The notes under the pieces were generated by a model. That model saw only the letters and a program-made list of their open reading frames with translations. It did not search any database and was not told the DNA's origin. A program made the translations under genes and the position numbers. A DNA stretch of 64,000 bases from an uncultured Holophagales bacterium (GTDB lineage Bacteria; Acidobacteriota; Thermoanaerobaculia; Multivoradales; UBA5704). Numbering within the stretch: the first letter of the stretch is position 1; the number at the start of each line of letters is the position of its first letter. Shown here one piece after another: positions 39,310-49,000 of the stretch. Location: contig CAWJGT010000009.1 of the NCBI GenBank assembly GCA_963842525.1, positions 640,001 to 704,000 of the forward strand, given 5' to 3'.

Positions 39310-39610
39310 AGGGCCTACCTTGACGAGAGAGCATGCGGACAAGATAACGCGCAAGCTCTCGGCTGAAATCGATACAAGCGGTCGTGCACATGACTTGGCG
39401 ACCGTTTACTTCAAGGGCAAACCAGTCATCCAGTTTTCGATTCGACGCTCGTCTCGAAAGGAGACCGGGCACGGCCACCTGACGGAAGACCTTGGATTGC
39501 CGGCATTTCAGGTGAGACGACTGGCGGATTGTCCCATGAGCTACGACGAGTGGGTAACGAGAATGCGAGCGCTGAAGATCATTCCTGAAGAAGAGGACCC
39601 CGTGGCGTAA
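39299..39610 (+). CDS. HicA-like small basic protein (putative RNase toxin)
   Basis: Basic 103 aa protein with GRAH followed by beta strands. Overlaps the upstream HicB-like gene. Confidence 0.55.
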   Translation: MGRRGPTLTREHADKITRKLSAEIDTSGRAHDLATVYFKGKPVIQFSIRRSSRKETGHGHLTEDLGLPAFQVRRLADCPMSYDEWVTRMRALKIIPEEEDPVA

Positions 39611-39728
39611 AGGCCTGGGCGGCCGAGCTTGATGAGTCCCTTGGAGGTGGAGCGGTGTAGGGTCATATGCGGCGCTTGGTGTTAAGATAGGCAAGCTCCG
39701 CCTCTCTGTGCGGGCGAAAGGACGATCG

Positions 39729-40589
39729 ATGCGGTCCCGGCTCTTTGCCGCCTGTCTCCTGGCCCTTCTCTTCCATGCTCCGGCGCCTGCGGACACCGTG
39801 TACCTGGCCAACGGAAGGACGTTCGAGGGGGTGATTGCGGAGGTGGGGGACGCGGAGGTCAAGATCCGGATGCCCGGCGGCGCCCTCAGCCTGCCGAAGA
39901 GCCACGTGGTGCGGGTGGAGCCGTCCGACTCCGATCTCGCGGCCTATCTGCGCCGCAAGGATGCGCTTGTCCGCGGCGGACAGGTGCAGGCCGCGGACTG
40001 GCTGGCGCTCGCCCGCTGGGCCCGGGCCGAAGGGCTGGCGCACGGCGTCCGCGAGGCGGCGATCCAGGCGGCCGACCTCGACCCGCACCTGCAGGGACTG
40101 GCCCCCCTCCTGCGCGGGCTCGGGTTCGTGCTCGACGAGCAGCTCGACCGGTGGGTGCCCTACAACGACTACATGCGGCGGCGGGGCTTCGTCCTCGCGA
40201 ACGGCCAGTGGATCACCCGCGAAGAGAACGCTGTCCGGGTCCGGGTCCAGGAGGAAGCGATCGCGCGCGAGCGGGCCGAGAGGGCGGCGGCCCGGGCGTC
40301 CCAGGCGACACAGGCGGTCCGCGAGGTCGAGCTGGCGCTGGCCCAGCTTGAGCTGCGGGACCGCGTCCGGCGCGAGGAGCAGCCTTCGGCCTTGTACGGC
40401 ACTGGCATGCCCGTCTACGTCTTCCCGGGCTATTGGCCGCCGTTCCCAGTCCCCGTCCCGCCTTGCCACGGCTGTGGGAACAACCCCGAGCCGCCGCGTC
40501 CGCCTGACCGTCCCGGCACACCGACCGCCCCGGCTCCTCGATCCGGGACGAGGGACGCGGCTCGTACACTCACGTGCCGGGAAGCCTGA
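39729..40589 (+). CDS. Secreted hypothetical protein
   Basis: Signal peptide, then ADTVYLANGRTFEG, a helical region and a Pro-rich tail. Confidence 0.75.
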   Translation: MRSRLFAACLLALLFHAPAPADTVYLANGRTFEGVIAEVGDAEVKIRMPGGALSLPKSHVVRVEPSDSDLAAYLRRKDALVRGGQVQAADWLALARWARAEGLAHGVREAAIQAADLDPHLQGLAPLLRGLGFVLDEQLDRWVPYNDYMRRRGFVLANGQWITREENAVRVRVQEEAIARERAERAAARASQATQAVREVELALAQLELRDRVRREEQPSALYGTGMPVYVFPGYWPPFPVPVPPCHGCGNNPEPPRPPDRPGTPTAPAPRSGTRDAARTLTCREA

Positions 40590-40655
40590 TCCCGGGCCGG
40601 CTCGCGCCGCTTTCCAAGCACGACGGCGGTTAGCCCCACGGGCAGCAGCGGCGGC

Positions 40656-41555
40656 ATGCGGACCGCCATCATCGTCAACTCGGGCTCGGGGACTGTCCAG
40701 AGGGAAGGGATCGACGAGAGCCTCCTGCGCAAGCTGGCGCGGGAGGCCGGCCTCGACGCCGAGGTGTGGCTCGTCCCGGGAGACCGGATCACGGAGACCG
40801 CGCACCGGGCCCTGGAGTCGGGTGCCGGGGCGCTGGTCGCCGGCGGGGGCGATGGGACGATCCGCTCGGTGGCCGCGGTCCTCGCCGGCGGCGACCGGCC
40901 GCTCGGCGTGCTCCCGGTGGGGACGATGAACCACTTTGCCCGCGACCTCGGGATCCCCCTGGACCTGCCCGAGGCCTTGCGGGTCGTGGCGACCGGGACC
41001 GTGCACAGGCTCGACCTCGGCGAGGTCAACGGCGAGGTCTTCATCAACAACTCGAGCCTCGGTTTCTATGCACCCCTCGTGCGGGTGCGCGACAGGGAGC
41101 GGCGCGAGCGGGAGCGCGGCAAGTGGTCGGCGACCTTCGTGGCCGCCCTGAAGGTGCTGCCGCGCCTGCCGTCCCTGCGGGTGGAGGTGGAGATGGAGGG
41201 GCGGACGGTCGTCCACGACACCTGGTTCGTCTTCATCGGCAACAACGAATACGAGATGAGCCTCTTCTCCTACGGCGCCCGCTCGCGCCTCGACAGCGGT
41301 GATCTCTATCTGTACATCGCGAAGCCCCGGAGCCGCCTGGGGCTGGTCGGACTGATCCTCCTCGGGATCGTGCGCGACGTCACGACGACGGACAACTTCG
41401 ACTGCTTCCAACTGCCGCGTTTCACGATCGAGACCGACAAGAAGGTCCTGCACGTCTACCTCGACGGCGAGGTGATGCTCCTCCGGCCGCCGCTCCACTA
41501 CCGGACGCGGGCGCGCGACCTGCCGGTGATCCTCCCGGCGTCTACTTCGACGTAG
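40656..41555 (+). CDS. Diacylglycerol kinase-family (YegS/BmrU) lipid kinase
   Basis: IIVNSGSG, AGGGDGT, PVGTMNHFARDLGIP and LDGE. Confidence 0.92.
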   Translation: MRTAIIVNSGSGTVQREGIDESLLRKLAREAGLDAEVWLVPGDRITETAHRALESGAGALVAGGGDGTIRSVAAVLAGGDRPLGVLPVGTMNHFARDLGIPLDLPEALRVVATGTVHRLDLGEVNGEVFINNSSLGFYAPLVRVRDRERRERERGKWSATFVAALKVLPRLPSLRVEVEMEGRTVVHDTWFVFIGNNEYEMSLFSYGARSRLDSGDLYLYIAKPRSRLGLVGLILLGIVRDVTTTDNFDCFQLPRFTIETDKKVLHVYLDGEVMLLRPPLHYRTRARDLPVILPASTST

Positions 41556-43848
41556 AGGAGAGCTTCTCTTCCAGATCCTGCACCGCCCGCTCCAGCACCT
41601 CGTCGCGGCCCGCCCGGATCCCCTCGATCGTCGGCGCGGCCTCGACATCCGGCCGAAGGCCGACCCGCTGGAGCTGCCGCCCGTCGGCGTGCCGCACGTC
41701 GTGGCCGGTGAAGCGGACCCTGACCCCGCCTGGCAGCGTGAAGTAGGTGATGTCGCCGTTGGCCCCTGCCGAAGGGGTGCCCACGAACCGTGTGCCGTTG
41801 GCTACTTCGAAAAAGAGGCCGGTGTGCTCGGCCTGGCTGATGGTCCGTTCGTCGATCAGCATGACGGTCGGCCCCGCGTACTTCGTACCCCGGGTGGGGG
41901 GCAGGGGCTGGACGAAGCAGAAACGATTGTCGACCATGTCGTTGGCCCGCTGCGGCGAGACCTGCATGCGACAGAAGTAGGCGGCTCCGCGGGCGTTCCG
42001 GACATTGAGCCGGGGTGCGATCGACCACGCCGTGCCGTTGGGATAGCCGCGCATGTCGAAGACGATGCCCCGGGTGTCCTTGAGCGTCTCGAACATGGCC
42101 CCCACCTCGGGGACTGTGAGGCGGGCCAGGTCGACATAGCCCAGGTTGTTCGGCAGGATGCGGACGATCTCCCCTTTGCGCGGCAGATAGCGGCCCTGGA
42201 CCCCAAGGGCCCGCGTCAGCTTCACGTCCCGCGTCGTGCCGTTCGTCCCGCTTACGGTCAGGATCACCGTGGAGCCGGCGGGGCCGCGCAGCAGGTTGCC
42301 GCCCAGGCGGTACATCAGGGTGGCTTCGTGCGAGCCGGCCAGGTAGGGGCGGAGGCGCGCGATGCGCTCCTCCACAGGCTTCCCATCCACAGCGACCACA
42401 ACGTCGCCCCGTTGCAGGCCCGGGACCGGGGCTCCCGAGGCGTCGCCCAGCTCCACGACCACATACCGGCCCTCGATCCAGCGCAGCTCGACCGGCACGC
42501 CCGCTTCGCCCAGGAGGCGGGTCAGGTCGGGATGGCCCTCGACGACCGTGTGGCTGTCCGCCACCCGCACCCCCATCTCGGCCATGGTCAGCGCGTACTC
42601 CTCGGCTCCCCGGGTCTTTTCCATCCGCTCGATGAATTCGGGCAGGACCGCGTCCCAGTCGCCGATCAGGTGCTTGTACGGATAGAAAAAATCGATGATG
42701 TTCCAGGTCCGGAAGACCGCGAGCAGGCGGTGCTCCGGCGAGGGATCGGTCATCTCCTCATAGGTCCGGTCCGGCCGCCAGACGGGGTCCGGCAGGGACT
42801 GGTACGCGGCGGTCGGCGCGGGAGCAGAGGTGCCGCCGGCCCCCGCCTTGACCCAGCGCAGAGCGGCGGCGAAGGCGGGGTCGTCCTGGCCGGCTGCTGG
42901 GACAGGAAATTGCTGGTCGGCGTGGATGCCGGACCACCCGAACATCGGCAGGACCTCGCTCATCCGTACCGTTGCCCGCAGATCCTCTCCCAGGTCGACG
43001 ACCCGCTGGCGGACGACCGACTCTTCGCGCAGAGGGCCGGCGGCGAAGATGGCGCCGTCTCCGGAAGCCTGGAGAGCCAGTGCGATGCCCGGAATATCAG
43101 ACGTGGGCCCCAGCACGAAGGCCACCCGCTTGGGCGTGATCCCGGGAGGCGGCGTGAAGCTCTCGGCGGTCTCGGTGACGAAGGCCGAGGTGTAGCCCGT
43201 GGGCCCCATCTGGGACCGATACCCGGAGTGCTGGAGATAGCGTTGTGCGGGCGCCTGGACAGGCCGGCTGGCGAGCCGCTCGGCTCCGAGCCCCGCAAGG
43301 AAATACGAGGTCTCGATCCAGGGCATCCCCGGCGGCGGCGCCACGCGGAGCTCCACCACGACCGCCCGGGCCTTGGCGATCGCCTCACCGGCTTCGTCCA
43401 TGGCTTTCTGGACGTCCGGCCCGGAGTCGTCGAAGCGGGCCACGTCGACGATCAGGACGTCCTGGTCCCAGCGGATCAGCGGATGGCCAGGGACGGTCGG
43501 AATGCCGCCGCCGGCCGTCTGCTCGTCCTCCTGCAGATGGGTCGCGGGGTCGCCCAGCGCCGCGAGCATCTCCCGCACCGCGGCGGCGTACTCTTCGCGG
43601 CTCGACGCCGTGCGTACCCTGGGGATGGCCCGCAGCAGCGGCGCGTCCAAGTCGATGTCCTTGTAGGCGAGCCAGGGGTGGAGATAGCGCACCGTCCCCC
43701 ACAGCCGGCCGAGCCGGGCCAGCCGCTCGACTGAAGAAGGAGCCGGAGCCTCTTCGGCCGCCCAGAGCGTCCCGCAGGCCGGGAGGGTCCAGAGGACGGC
43801 GAGAGCGGCGAGAACGATCGCGCGAAGGGGACGGCCGGGGCGCGTCAC
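41542..43848 (-). CDS. S41-family peptidase with PDZ domain, secreted
   Basis: RLWGTVRYLHP, WNIIDFFYPYK, FDMRGYP, TISQAE and SAGANG. GTG start overlaps the upstream stop. Confidence 0.9.
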   Translation of the reverse strand: MTRPGRPLRAIVLAALAVLWTLPACGTLWAAEEAPAPSSVERLARLGRLWGTVRYLHPWLAYKDIDLDAPLLRAIPRVRTASSREEYAAAVREMLAALGDPATHLQEDEQTAGGGIPTVPGHPLIRWDQDVLIVDVARFDDSGPDVQKAMDEAGEAIAKARAVVVELRVAPPPGMPWIETSYFLAGLGAERLASRPVQAPAQRYLQHSGYRSQMGPTGYTSAFVTETAESFTPPPGITPKRVAFVLGPTSDIPGIALALQASGDGAIFAAGPLREESVVRQRVVDLGEDLRATVRMSEVLPMFGWSGIHADQQFPVPAAGQDDPAFAAALRWVKAGAGGTSAPAPTAAYQSLPDPVWRPDRTYEEMTDPSPEHRLLAVFRTWNIIDFFYPYKHLIGDWDAVLPEFIERMEKTRGAEEYALTMAEMGVRVADSHTVVEGHPDLTRLLGEAGVPVELRWIEGRYVVVELGDASGAPVPGLQRGDVVVAVDGKPVEERIARLRPYLAGSHEATLMYRLGGNLLRGPAGSTVILTVSGTNGTTRDVKLTRALGVQGRYLPRKGEIVRILPNNLGYVDLARLTVPEVGAMFETLKDTRGIVFDMRGYPNGTAWSIAPRLNVRNARGAAYFCRMQVSPQRANDMVDNRFCFVQPLPPTRGTKYAGPTVMLIDERTISQAEHTGLFFEVANGTRFVGTPSAGANGDITYFTLPGGVRVRFTGHDVRHADGRQLQRVGLRPDVEAAPTIEGIRAGRDEVLERAVQDLEEKLSSTSK

Positions 43849-44561
43849 TTGGAGGGCTTGTACCACTCCTTGGGATGGACGGTGTAGGGGTAGTACCTGT
43901 CGGCCGGGAGCCCGGACTGCTGCTTGTTCTTCCGGCTCTGGTAGTGGCCGGTCTTGTCGTTGTGGCCCACGATCTCGCCGTCGACGATGCCGACCTCGCC
44001 CGCGGCCACGATCTTCTTCTTCCCGCTGCGCCCTTCCGGCGTTCCCGAGGCAATGGAGGGGTGGCTGTCTCCCGGCATGTCGACCGCCTGCCGCTCCGAG
44101 ACATAGACATCGCCGTGCTTCGACATGCGGACGAAGCCGGCGTAGACGGTGCCCGCCTGCTTCACCCGTCCGGTGTCGACGCTGGTCAGCGTGCAACCCG
44201 CGCCGCCGTCGCCGCAGCGCAGGACCTGGACCGGGCGCTTCGGCGGCGGCACCGGCCCGCCGAGGTTCTTCCGGTCGTCGTAGAGCACGACGTCGCCGGC
44301 GGTCTCGGCGGCGTTCTCCTCCGAGGGAGGAGGAGCGGGATTGCGCCCCCGGTTGAGAGCGGCCTGGACGTGCGGCGCGCGCTGCCCGGGCGCGATGGCC
44401 ACCACAGGGCGGGCCATCAACGGCTGGACGGCGGGAGGAGCGTGCAGAGGCTGGACTGCGGCAGGTGGAGCATGCCGTGCCAGGGCTGCCTGGACATGCG
44501 AGGCCCTTCCCGGCGGTGTGCCGGGTGGCGGGCCTCCCTGCGGCCTCTGGCCTGCGGTCAT
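43845..44561 (-). CDS. Protein with a Pro/Gln-rich HVQAAL-repeat N terminus and a toxin-like C-terminal domain
   Basis: Two HVQAAL and two PPAVQPL repeats. C terminus has HPS...VAAGEV...NDKTGHY. Confidence 0.7.
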   Translation of the reverse strand: MTAGQRPQGGPPPGTPPGRASHVQAALARHAPPAAVQPLHAPPAVQPLMARPVVAIAPGQRAPHVQAALNRGRNPAPPPSEENAAETAGDVVLYDDRKNLGGPVPPPKRPVQVLRCGDGGAGCTLTSVDTGRVKQAGTVYAGFVRMSKHGDVYVSERQAVDMPGDSHPSIASGTPEGRSGKKKIVAAGEVGIVDGEIVGHNDKTGHYQSRKNKQQSGLPADRYYPYTVHPKEWYKPSK

Positions 44562-44574
44562 GGAGACATTGCTA

Positions 44575-44795
44575 CCTCACCCCCTGTCCCCCTCTCCCAT
44601 CGCACTCCCCCCGACCGGGAGACGGGGGACGTAGATCAGGCGATGTGCGACGAGCGGGGGCAGGATACGGGACGGGTAGGTTGGCGGCGCTTGACCGCGG
44701 AGAGATCGAATCGACCTCGCCTCGAACGCCCCGCATGCGTCCCCCCCTCTCCCGGTCGGGGGGAGGGAGATGGGAGAGGGGGACAGGGGGTGAGG
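44575..44795. repeat. Long inverted repeat, REP-like (CCTCACCCCC...GGGGGTGAGG)
   Basis: 44575-44631 pairs with ~44738-44795. Confidence 0.85.
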
Positions 44796-44797
44796 CC

Positions 44798-45034
44798 TCA
44801 GGACCGCTGCCAGCGGATCTCCACCTCGTCCCCGTCGCCGAGGGCCTGCCGAAGCAGCGTCACCAGCGCGGGTTCCGCCCCTTGCTCCTCCAGGATGTCG
44901 ACCGTGGCGCGGTTGATGTAGTAATCGTCGTCGTCCGACGACTCTTCCTCGAGCTGATCGACCAGGAACTGGAACTGATCGTCGGTGAGCGTGCCAAGCA
45001 ATCTGCCGGTTTTCTTGTCGAAGATTTCGACCAT
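44798..45034 (-). CDS. Small acidic conserved hypothetical protein, 78 aa
   Basis: GGAGG RBS and FLVDQLEEESSDDDDYYI. Confidence 0.8.
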   Translation of the reverse strand: MVEIFDKKTGRLLGTLTDDQFQFLVDQLEEESSDDDDYYINRATVDILEEQGAEPALVTLLRQALGDGDEVEIRWQRS

Positions 45035-45132
45035 GTGCCTCCTCCCTTTCTCCCAAGAGACCGTCATTCTAGGGCAATCCGTGTGCCAGGCGATCTCGCA
45101 ACCCGCGGGCCTGGACGGACGTACACTCTGGC

Positions 45133-46190
45133 ATGCGCAAGACCCTGATCGCCAGCGTCCTCGTCCTCCTCTGTGCGAGCCTGACCACGCCCCGGCCCTC
45201 GACGCCTGCACCACCTTCTGCCTGCGCCAGGGCAGGCCGGTCTTCGGCAAGAACTACGACTGGAGCGTCGGCGACGGCCTCCTGGTCGTCAACAAGCGCG
45301 GCGTGGCGAAGACCGCCATGGCGGCTCCAGGGCAGCGGCCGGCGAGCTGGGCCTCCAAGTACGGCAGCGTCACCTTCAACCAGTACGGCCGCGAGTTCCC
45401 CCACGGCGGGATGAACGAGGCCGGCCTGGTCGTCGAGCTGATGTGGCTCGACGCCGCGCGCTACCCCGCACCCGACGAGCGGCCCGCGCTCGACTGCCTG
45501 GAATGGATCCAGTACCAGCTCGACCGCTTCGACCGGGTCGAAGACGTGGTCCGGCATGCGGAGGAGGTGCGGATCGCGTCCGAGGCGCCTCTCCACTACC
45601 TCGTCTGCGACCGGAGCGGCGCCTGCGCCACCATCGAGTACCTGAACGGGAAGCTCGTGCCGCATACCGGCAAGGATCTGCCGGTCCCGGCGCTCGCCAA
45701 CCATACCTATGCCGAATCGCTGCGCTTCCTCGAGACCGCCGGCAAGGGCCGGGTCCCCGCGGGACGCGGCTCGCTGGAGCGCTTCGCCCGCGCCTCCGCC
45801 CTGATGAAGGGCTACGAGCCCAAGAGCCGGACGACGCCGGTCGAGCACGCCTTCGGCATCCTGGACAGCGTCGCCCAGGGCTCGTACACTCAATGGAGCA
45901 TCGTGTACGACTTGCGGGCCAAGCGGGTGCATTACAGGACGCGCGTGAACCGGGAGGTCCGCTGGCTCGACCTCGCCGCCTTCGACTTCGCGTGCGGCAC
46001 GCCGGTCCGCACCCTCGACATCGATGCAGGCGCGGGGAACGTGAGCGGCCGTTTCGCCGCCTACCGCCTGGAAGCCAACCGGCGCCTCATCGACCGGTCC
46101 TTCCAGGCGACGGACTTCCTGGCGGGCGTACCGCCGGAAGAACGGGCCGCCATCGCGGCCCACCCTGACAGCACCTCCTGCAGGAGGTGA
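45133..46190 (+). CDS. Linear amide C-N hydrolase (choloylglycine hydrolase/penicillin V acylase family) with an apparent frameshift at ~45190
   Basis: Signal peptide MRKTLIASVLVLLC is out of frame with the Ntn nucleophile ACTTF...GKNYDW...GGMNEAGL. Confidence 0.85.
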
Positions 46191-46211
46191 GTCCCACGGA
46201 GGGACCGTGCC

Positions 46212-48767
46212 GTGCACAGAGCCCTCGGGTCCGCCGTCCTCCTCCCGTTGCTCCTCGCGGCCGGGCTCTTCGCCCCTGCCTCTGCCACCAGCTACGTCCC
46301 GATGCCGGACGGCGTGCTCGCCGACCAGGCGCCGTTCATGATCGCCGGGACGGTGGAGAAGCTGGGAACGGTCTCCGGGCCGCAGGGCGTTCACGCCGGG
46401 CCGCAGGGCCCGTTCACTGAATACCGGGTCCGGGTGGAGCGCCGCCTCAAGGGTGGGCTCGCGGACAGCACCCTGCGGGTGCGCGTGCCGGGCGGCGAAG
46501 AGGGTGGCCTTGTGTTCCACACCTGGGGCGCGCCTGAATTCGCGACCGGCGACCGTGTCCTGCTCTTCCTCGACCGGCACCGCGACGGGTCCTACCGCCC
46601 CCTCCACCTGATGCTCGGCGCGTTCTACCGCGTGGAGGCCGCGGGCCGTCCGCTGGCTGTCCGCGACCTCGCCGAGGCGCAGGAGATCCGGGTTCCCGGA
46701 CAGGAGCCGGCCGAGCCTTCGGGGCAGGTGCGCGACTTCGATCGCTTCTCCAACTGGCTCGCCGATCGTGCCGCGGGGCTCGTCCGCCAGCCGGACTACT
46801 TCGAAAGCCTCCCCGCGCCGGCTCTGAAGCAGATCCAGGCCAGGTTCACCTATCTCGGCAGGAAGGCGCGCTGGTACGAGTTCAACCGCGAGACGAGCGT
46901 CGGCTGGCGCGCGCACGAGGCGGGGCTGCCGGGGTATCCCGGCGGCGGCTATGTTGAATTCGAGAGATCCCTCGGGGCGTGGAACGACGATCGTGCCACC
47001 AACATCCGCTATCGCTATGAAGGGACCACGGCGTCGACGGCCTCGAGCAGCCCGGCGATCTATTTCGACGACACCAACGGGCTGGTTCCGGGAACCTTCA
47101 ACTGCACCGCGCCCGGCCAGGGCAGCGGCGTGCTCGCGGCCGCTACGATCGGCTTCACGACAAGCTTGGAGCCGGCGGCGATCCAGTTCGTGCGGATCAT
47201 CGTCAACGACGGCAGCGGCTGCTGGTACACCAGCCGGGGGAGGCTGGAGACGGTCCTCGGGCACGAGGTGGGGCACACGCTCGGCCTCGGCCACTCCTGC
47301 GGCGGATCGGTCCCATGTACGGATCCCATCCTGAACGATGCCCTGATGCGCTCCTTCGCCCACTCCGACGGACGCGGCGCGCGGCTCAACGCCGACGACC
47401 GCGCCGGCATCTTCTCGCTGTATCCCGGCGCCACAGTGCCCGACCGTCCCGCGGCCCCCAGCGGCCTCGCCGCGACGGTGGTTTCCAGCAGCTCCATCCA
47501 GCTCGCCTGGCTGGACAAATCGACGGATGAGACCTCGTTCCGCGTCGAAATGAAGACCACCGGCTCGTTCAAGCAGGTCCTGACCACCGCCGCGAACGCG
47601 ACCACGGCGACCCTCACCGGCCTCACGCCGCAGACGGCCTACACCTTCCGCGTGCGCGCGCGCAGCGTGGGCGGCTTCTCGCCCTGGTCCAACCTGGCGA
47701 GCGCGACGACCCCGGCGCCGCCCCTGCCTCCGGCCGCGCCATCCGGCCTCTCGGCCCGGCCCGTCTCCGGCACGGAAATCCGGCTCGACTGGCAGGATCG
47801 GTCGAACGACGAGACCGAGATCCTCGTCGAGCAGGTGTCCCCGGCCGAGGGGTTCCGGCAGATCGCGGCCCTGCCCGCGAACGGCGAGAGCTTCACGGCG
47901 GCCGGCCTCGCGTCCAACACCCCCTACACCTTCCGGGTGCGTGCCCGGAACGCCCATGGGGCCTCGCCCTGGTCCAACCTGGCGAGCGCCACGACTTCCG
48001 CAGCGGCGGGTCCCTGCACGCCGGGAGCGCAGACCCTCTGCCTGCTGGAAGGGCGTTTCGCGGTCTCCGTCCAGTGGCGCAACGGCGACACCCACGGCAC
48101 CGGCAACGCCCTGCCCCTGGCCGGCTCGGACCAGGCCGGGCTCTTCTGGTTCTTCGAGGAGAACAACATCGAGCTGATCGTCAAGATCCTCGACGGCCGC
48201 ACGGTGAACGGCTTCTACTGGACCTTCCGCGGCGGGCTGTCCACCCTGGAGCACTGGATCACCGTGACCGACACGGCCAACGGCGCGTCGAGCACCTACT
48301 ACAACGTCCCCGGGAGCCTGTGCGGCTCCGCGGATGTACGATCGCTGCCGGGCCTCACCACCTCGGCGACCCTGAGGCCCCTGAGGACATTCGAGCTGCC
48401 CGCCGCCTCCGCGCCGGCCGCCATCTCCGCAGACTGCGCCCCCGGCGCGCTCTGCCTCCTGGGGGGCCGCTTCCAGGTGGAGGTGACGTGGCGCCTCCCC
48501 GGCGGCGGCACGGGCGCGGGGACCTCGGTGCCGCTGAACGACGGCACCGGCCTCTTCTGGTTCTTCGACCCGGCCAACGTCGAGCTGGTCACAAAGGTCT
48601 TGGATGGCCGGCCGATCAACGGTAAGATCTGGTTCTTCTACGGCGCGCTGTCGGACGTCGAGTACGACCTGAGAGTTACCGACACGGCGACGGGCGCTAT
48701 CCGCACCTACCACAACGCGCCGGGCAACCTCTGCGGGCTCGGCGACACGAGCGCGTTCGGCGGCTGA
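46212..48767 (+). CDS. Secreted metzincin-type metalloprotease with two FN3 domains and two C-terminal beta-rich repeats
   Basis: Signal peptide, HEVGHTLGLGH, Met-turn ALM, FN3 (PAAPSGL...YTFRVRA) twice, and CLLxGRF...FWFF...LDGR twice. Confidence 0.9.
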   Translation: MHRALGSAVLLPLLLAAGLFAPASATSYVPMPDGVLADQAPFMIAGTVEKLGTVSGPQGVHAGPQGPFTEYRVRVERRLKGGLADSTLRVRVPGGEEGGLVFHTWGAPEFATGDRVLLFLDRHRDGSYRPLHLMLGAFYRVEAAGRPLAVRDLAEAQEIRVPGQEPAEPSGQVRDFDRFSNWLADRAAGLVRQPDYFESLPAPALKQIQARFTYLGRKARWYEFNRETSVGWRAHEAGLPGYPGGGYVEFERSLGAWNDDRATNIRYRYEGTTASTASSSPAIYFDDTNGLVPGTFNCTAPGQGSGVLAAATIGFTTSLEPAAIQFVRIIVNDGSGCWYTSRGRLETVLGHEVGHTLGLGHSCGGSVPCTDPILNDALMRSFAHSDGRGARLNADDRAGIFSLYPGATVPDRPAAPSGLAATVVSSSSIQLAWLDKSTDETSFRVEMKTTGSFKQVLTTAANATTATLTGLTPQTAYTFRVRARSVGGFSPWSNLASATTPAPPLPPAAPSGLSARPVSGTEIRLDWQDRSNDETEILVEQVSPAEGFRQIAALPANGESFTAAGLASNTPYTFRVRARNAHGASPWSNLASATTSAAAGPCTPGAQTLCLLEGRFAVSVQWRNGDTHGTGNALPLAGSDQAGLFWFFEENNIELIVKILDGRTVNGFYWTFRGGLSTLEHWITVTDTANGASSTYYNVPGSLCGSADVRSLPGLTTSATLRPLRTFELPAASAPAAISADCAPGALCLLGGRFQVEVTWRLPGGGTGAGTSVPLNDGTGLFWFFDPANVELVTKVLDGRPINGKIWFFYGALSDVEYDLRVTDTATGAIRTYHNAPGNLCGLGDTSAFGG

Positions 48768-48780
48768 GGTACGTGGAACC

Positions 48781-48967
48781 GATCCAGAAAATTTGGAACG
48801 CGTCCAGAGTCACGCGGGATCGATCCAGAAAATTTGGAAGGCGTTGCAGGTTTTTTGGAACCGGTCCAGAAAATTTGGCAGGCGTTGCAGGTTCCGTGGA
48901 ATCGATCCGGAAAATTTGGAACGCGTTCCCCGTGACCCGAAATCGCATCCAGAAGATCCGTACGGGT
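48781..48967. repeat. 41-bp-period palindromic array, copy 1 (4 units plus a degenerate one)
   Basis: GATCCAGAAAATTTGGAACGCG-like cores at 48781, 48822, 48863 and 48904. Confidence 0.9.
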
Positions 48968-49000
48968 TCCGCCGATGTCTGGAAGGCACCATTTCATCCT

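Noticed and set aside
45069-48713. 1214 aa antisense ORF
   Set aside because: Shadow of the hydrolase and metalloprotease genes.
48781-48967. CRISPR array interpretation of the 41-bp repeats
   Set aside because: The spacers are only ~19 bp, resemble each other and the repeat, and no cas genes or leader are present.
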